Below are positions 62,792 through 64,000 of a stretch of 64,000 nucleotides of DNA, piece by piece. The DNA lies in IMG/VR virus record IMGVR_UViG_2595698902_000001, positions 216,539-280,538 of that record, one strand, 5' to 3'. Position 1 is the stretch's first letter. Each line of letters starts with the position of its first letter. The notes below the pieces were generated by a model. It ran no database searches and had not been told where the DNA came from. It worked only from the letters and a program-made list of their open reading frames with translations. Source of the stretch: a virus (Duplodnaviria; Caudoviricetes). The position numbers and the translations under genes are program-made.

Positions 62792-63082
62792 TTAGTTTTT
62801 GTGCCAGCCGCTTTTGGTTATGTAGGCGTTCAATTCGCCCATACCAGAACCACTATGCAGCTTGGTTTGCGTTCGGTCGTAAACAGCAAAATCGAAAAGG
62901 TTTAAATCTACATCCGACACAGTGAACGCGATTCCGACAAGCCACGTCTCTGCACCGCGTTCACGAATCTGCAAATGCAGCGAGTACGGATATTCGACTA
63001 CGTTGGTTTGCATACGTTTGCCGAACAGGCTTTGCGCCACGTTCATGCAAATGCGCAGCGATTCGTCTACCCTTTCCGTCAT
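62792..63082 (-). CDS. hypothetical protein
   Basis: 96 aa ORF. Confidence 0.65.
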   Translation of the reverse strand: MTERVDESLRICMNVAQSLFGKRMQTNVVEYPYSLHLQIRERGAETWLVGIAFTVSDVDLNLFDFAVYDRTQTKLHSGSGMGELNAYITKSGWHKN

Positions 63083-63108
63083 TTTCCTACCCTCCTAGTT
63101 TCACCCCC

Positions 63109-63134
63109 TAAGCGCACCGTTCTAGATGCGCTTA
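63109..63134 (-). repeat. conserved intergenic hairpin, copy 6 (variant)
   Basis: UAAGCGCAUC-UAGAAC-GGUGCGCUUA keeps the U-G wobble. Confidence 0.6.
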
Positions 63135-63147
63135 ATGGATTAACTGT

Positions 63148-63504
63148 TTATTTGTTGCTGTCGCGGAAACCGAGGCCGTCGATAAAACGCATCCATGCGC
63201 CCCAGCCTGTGCCAGTGCGAATTACCGCACCGTGACGCAGCGCTTCAAAGTTCGGCTCTGCGTCGTCGTCGCCTTGCGCGAAGTGAACCCACACGTTAGG
63301 ACCGCCATCAGTGAGCGTGTAGGTGGCGAGCGCCTGCTTGCCGTCTTCGTCGTATTCGCCATTGCGAATCATGCTGAAAACGGAATCGCGCATTTTGCTC
63401 AGGTATTCAGCATCCACCAGCGAGCGCAGTTTGAATTCCATTTGATCGGCGTGCGAAAGGACCGGGAAAACAGTTGCTTCGGTTTGCTTGATAACGTTGT
63501 TCAT
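63148..63504 (-). CDS. hypothetical protein
   Basis: Start MNNVIK with a GGAG RBS. Confidence 0.65.
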   Translation of the reverse strand: MNNVIKQTEATVFPVLSHADQMEFKLRSLVDAEYLSKMRDSVFSMIRNGEYDEDGKQALATYTLTDGGPNVWVHFAQGDDDAEPNFEALRHGAVIRTGTGWGAWMRFIDGLGFRDSNK

Positions 63505-63660
63505 GGTTTTGATTCTCCGTAGATTAGAATTTGGTGGCGCCGCGTGGTTTTGGCTGGGCTTTCTTTTTGCGGTATTCGATAGCAACCGGAATTGCGAACA
63601 GGGCAGCGAAAGCAACAATAACAGCGATATCAATAACGGGATTAAACACAGTGGTATTCC

Positions 63661-63885
63661 TTACTCGGCGGTGAAATTGGAAAGGGTGCAGGTGACTTTG
63701 TGCTGGTGCTGCTGGGGAATGACCGTGGCGATTACCATGCGGGCACGCTCGGCGGTATTCGTTTTGGCGATTGCTTCCTCCGCGCTTTCCGCGCTTACCG
63801 GAAAGCTAACGGTCTTGTTTACAGCTGCGTTCGTTTCGTTGCTGGTGAACGTGGCAGTGAATTTAACGTTGTAGATGCGTTTCAT
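63661..63885 (-). CDS. hypothetical protein
   Basis: 74 aa ORF with a GAGGG RBS. Confidence 0.6.
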   Translation of the reverse strand: MKRIYNVKFTATFTSNETNAAVNKTVSFPVSAESAEEAIAKTNTAERARMVIATVIPQQHQHKVTCTLSNFTAE

Positions 63886-64000
63886 GGTTAGAACCCTCGG
63901 TGGTTACTGGGAAATGGTTTTGCGGAAACGGCGGGCAGCGTCGGAAACTTCGCGCTGGCGATTTTCGTCAGCAACGCGCAGTTCGATTTCCCAAGCCCAG

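Noticed and set aside
51711-63134. CRISPR array or REP interpretation of the hairpin repeats
   Set aside because: The copies are separated by whole genes at irregular spacing, with no cas gene or associated transposase.

Overview
The window is a gene-dense, roughly 50% GC segment of a large lytic (jumbo-type) bacteriophage genome, most plausibly from a Gram-negative host given the lipoboxes and sigma70-type promoters. About 120 short, tightly packed genes all lie on the minus strand, and the long plus-strand ORFs are antisense shadows. I saw no virion, replicase, tRNA, CRISPR or integrase genes, so this is an accessory host-takeover region. Recognisable products are three Nudix hydrolases, an HD phosphodiesterase-like protein, a NADAR, a Pol-beta nucleotidyltransferase, three GNAT acetyltransferases, a 2OG-Fe(II) oxygenase, a YgiB/YgiC-like lipoprotein plus ATP-grasp ligase pair, a LemA-like/TPM-like pair and several HTH/RHH proteins. 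The most unusual observations are (i) two separate acyl-carrier-protein-like domains whose phosphopantetheine-accepting Ser is replaced by an acidic residue, (ii) two degenerate DnaB/RecA-like pseudo-ATPases, (iii) six covarying intergenic RNA hairpins with a conserved U-G wobble, (iv) eight perfect same-strand copies of AACTGTAAATA, a candidate late promoter, and (v) several lineage-specific paralog families. All assignments come from reading motifs by eye; no database searches were run.
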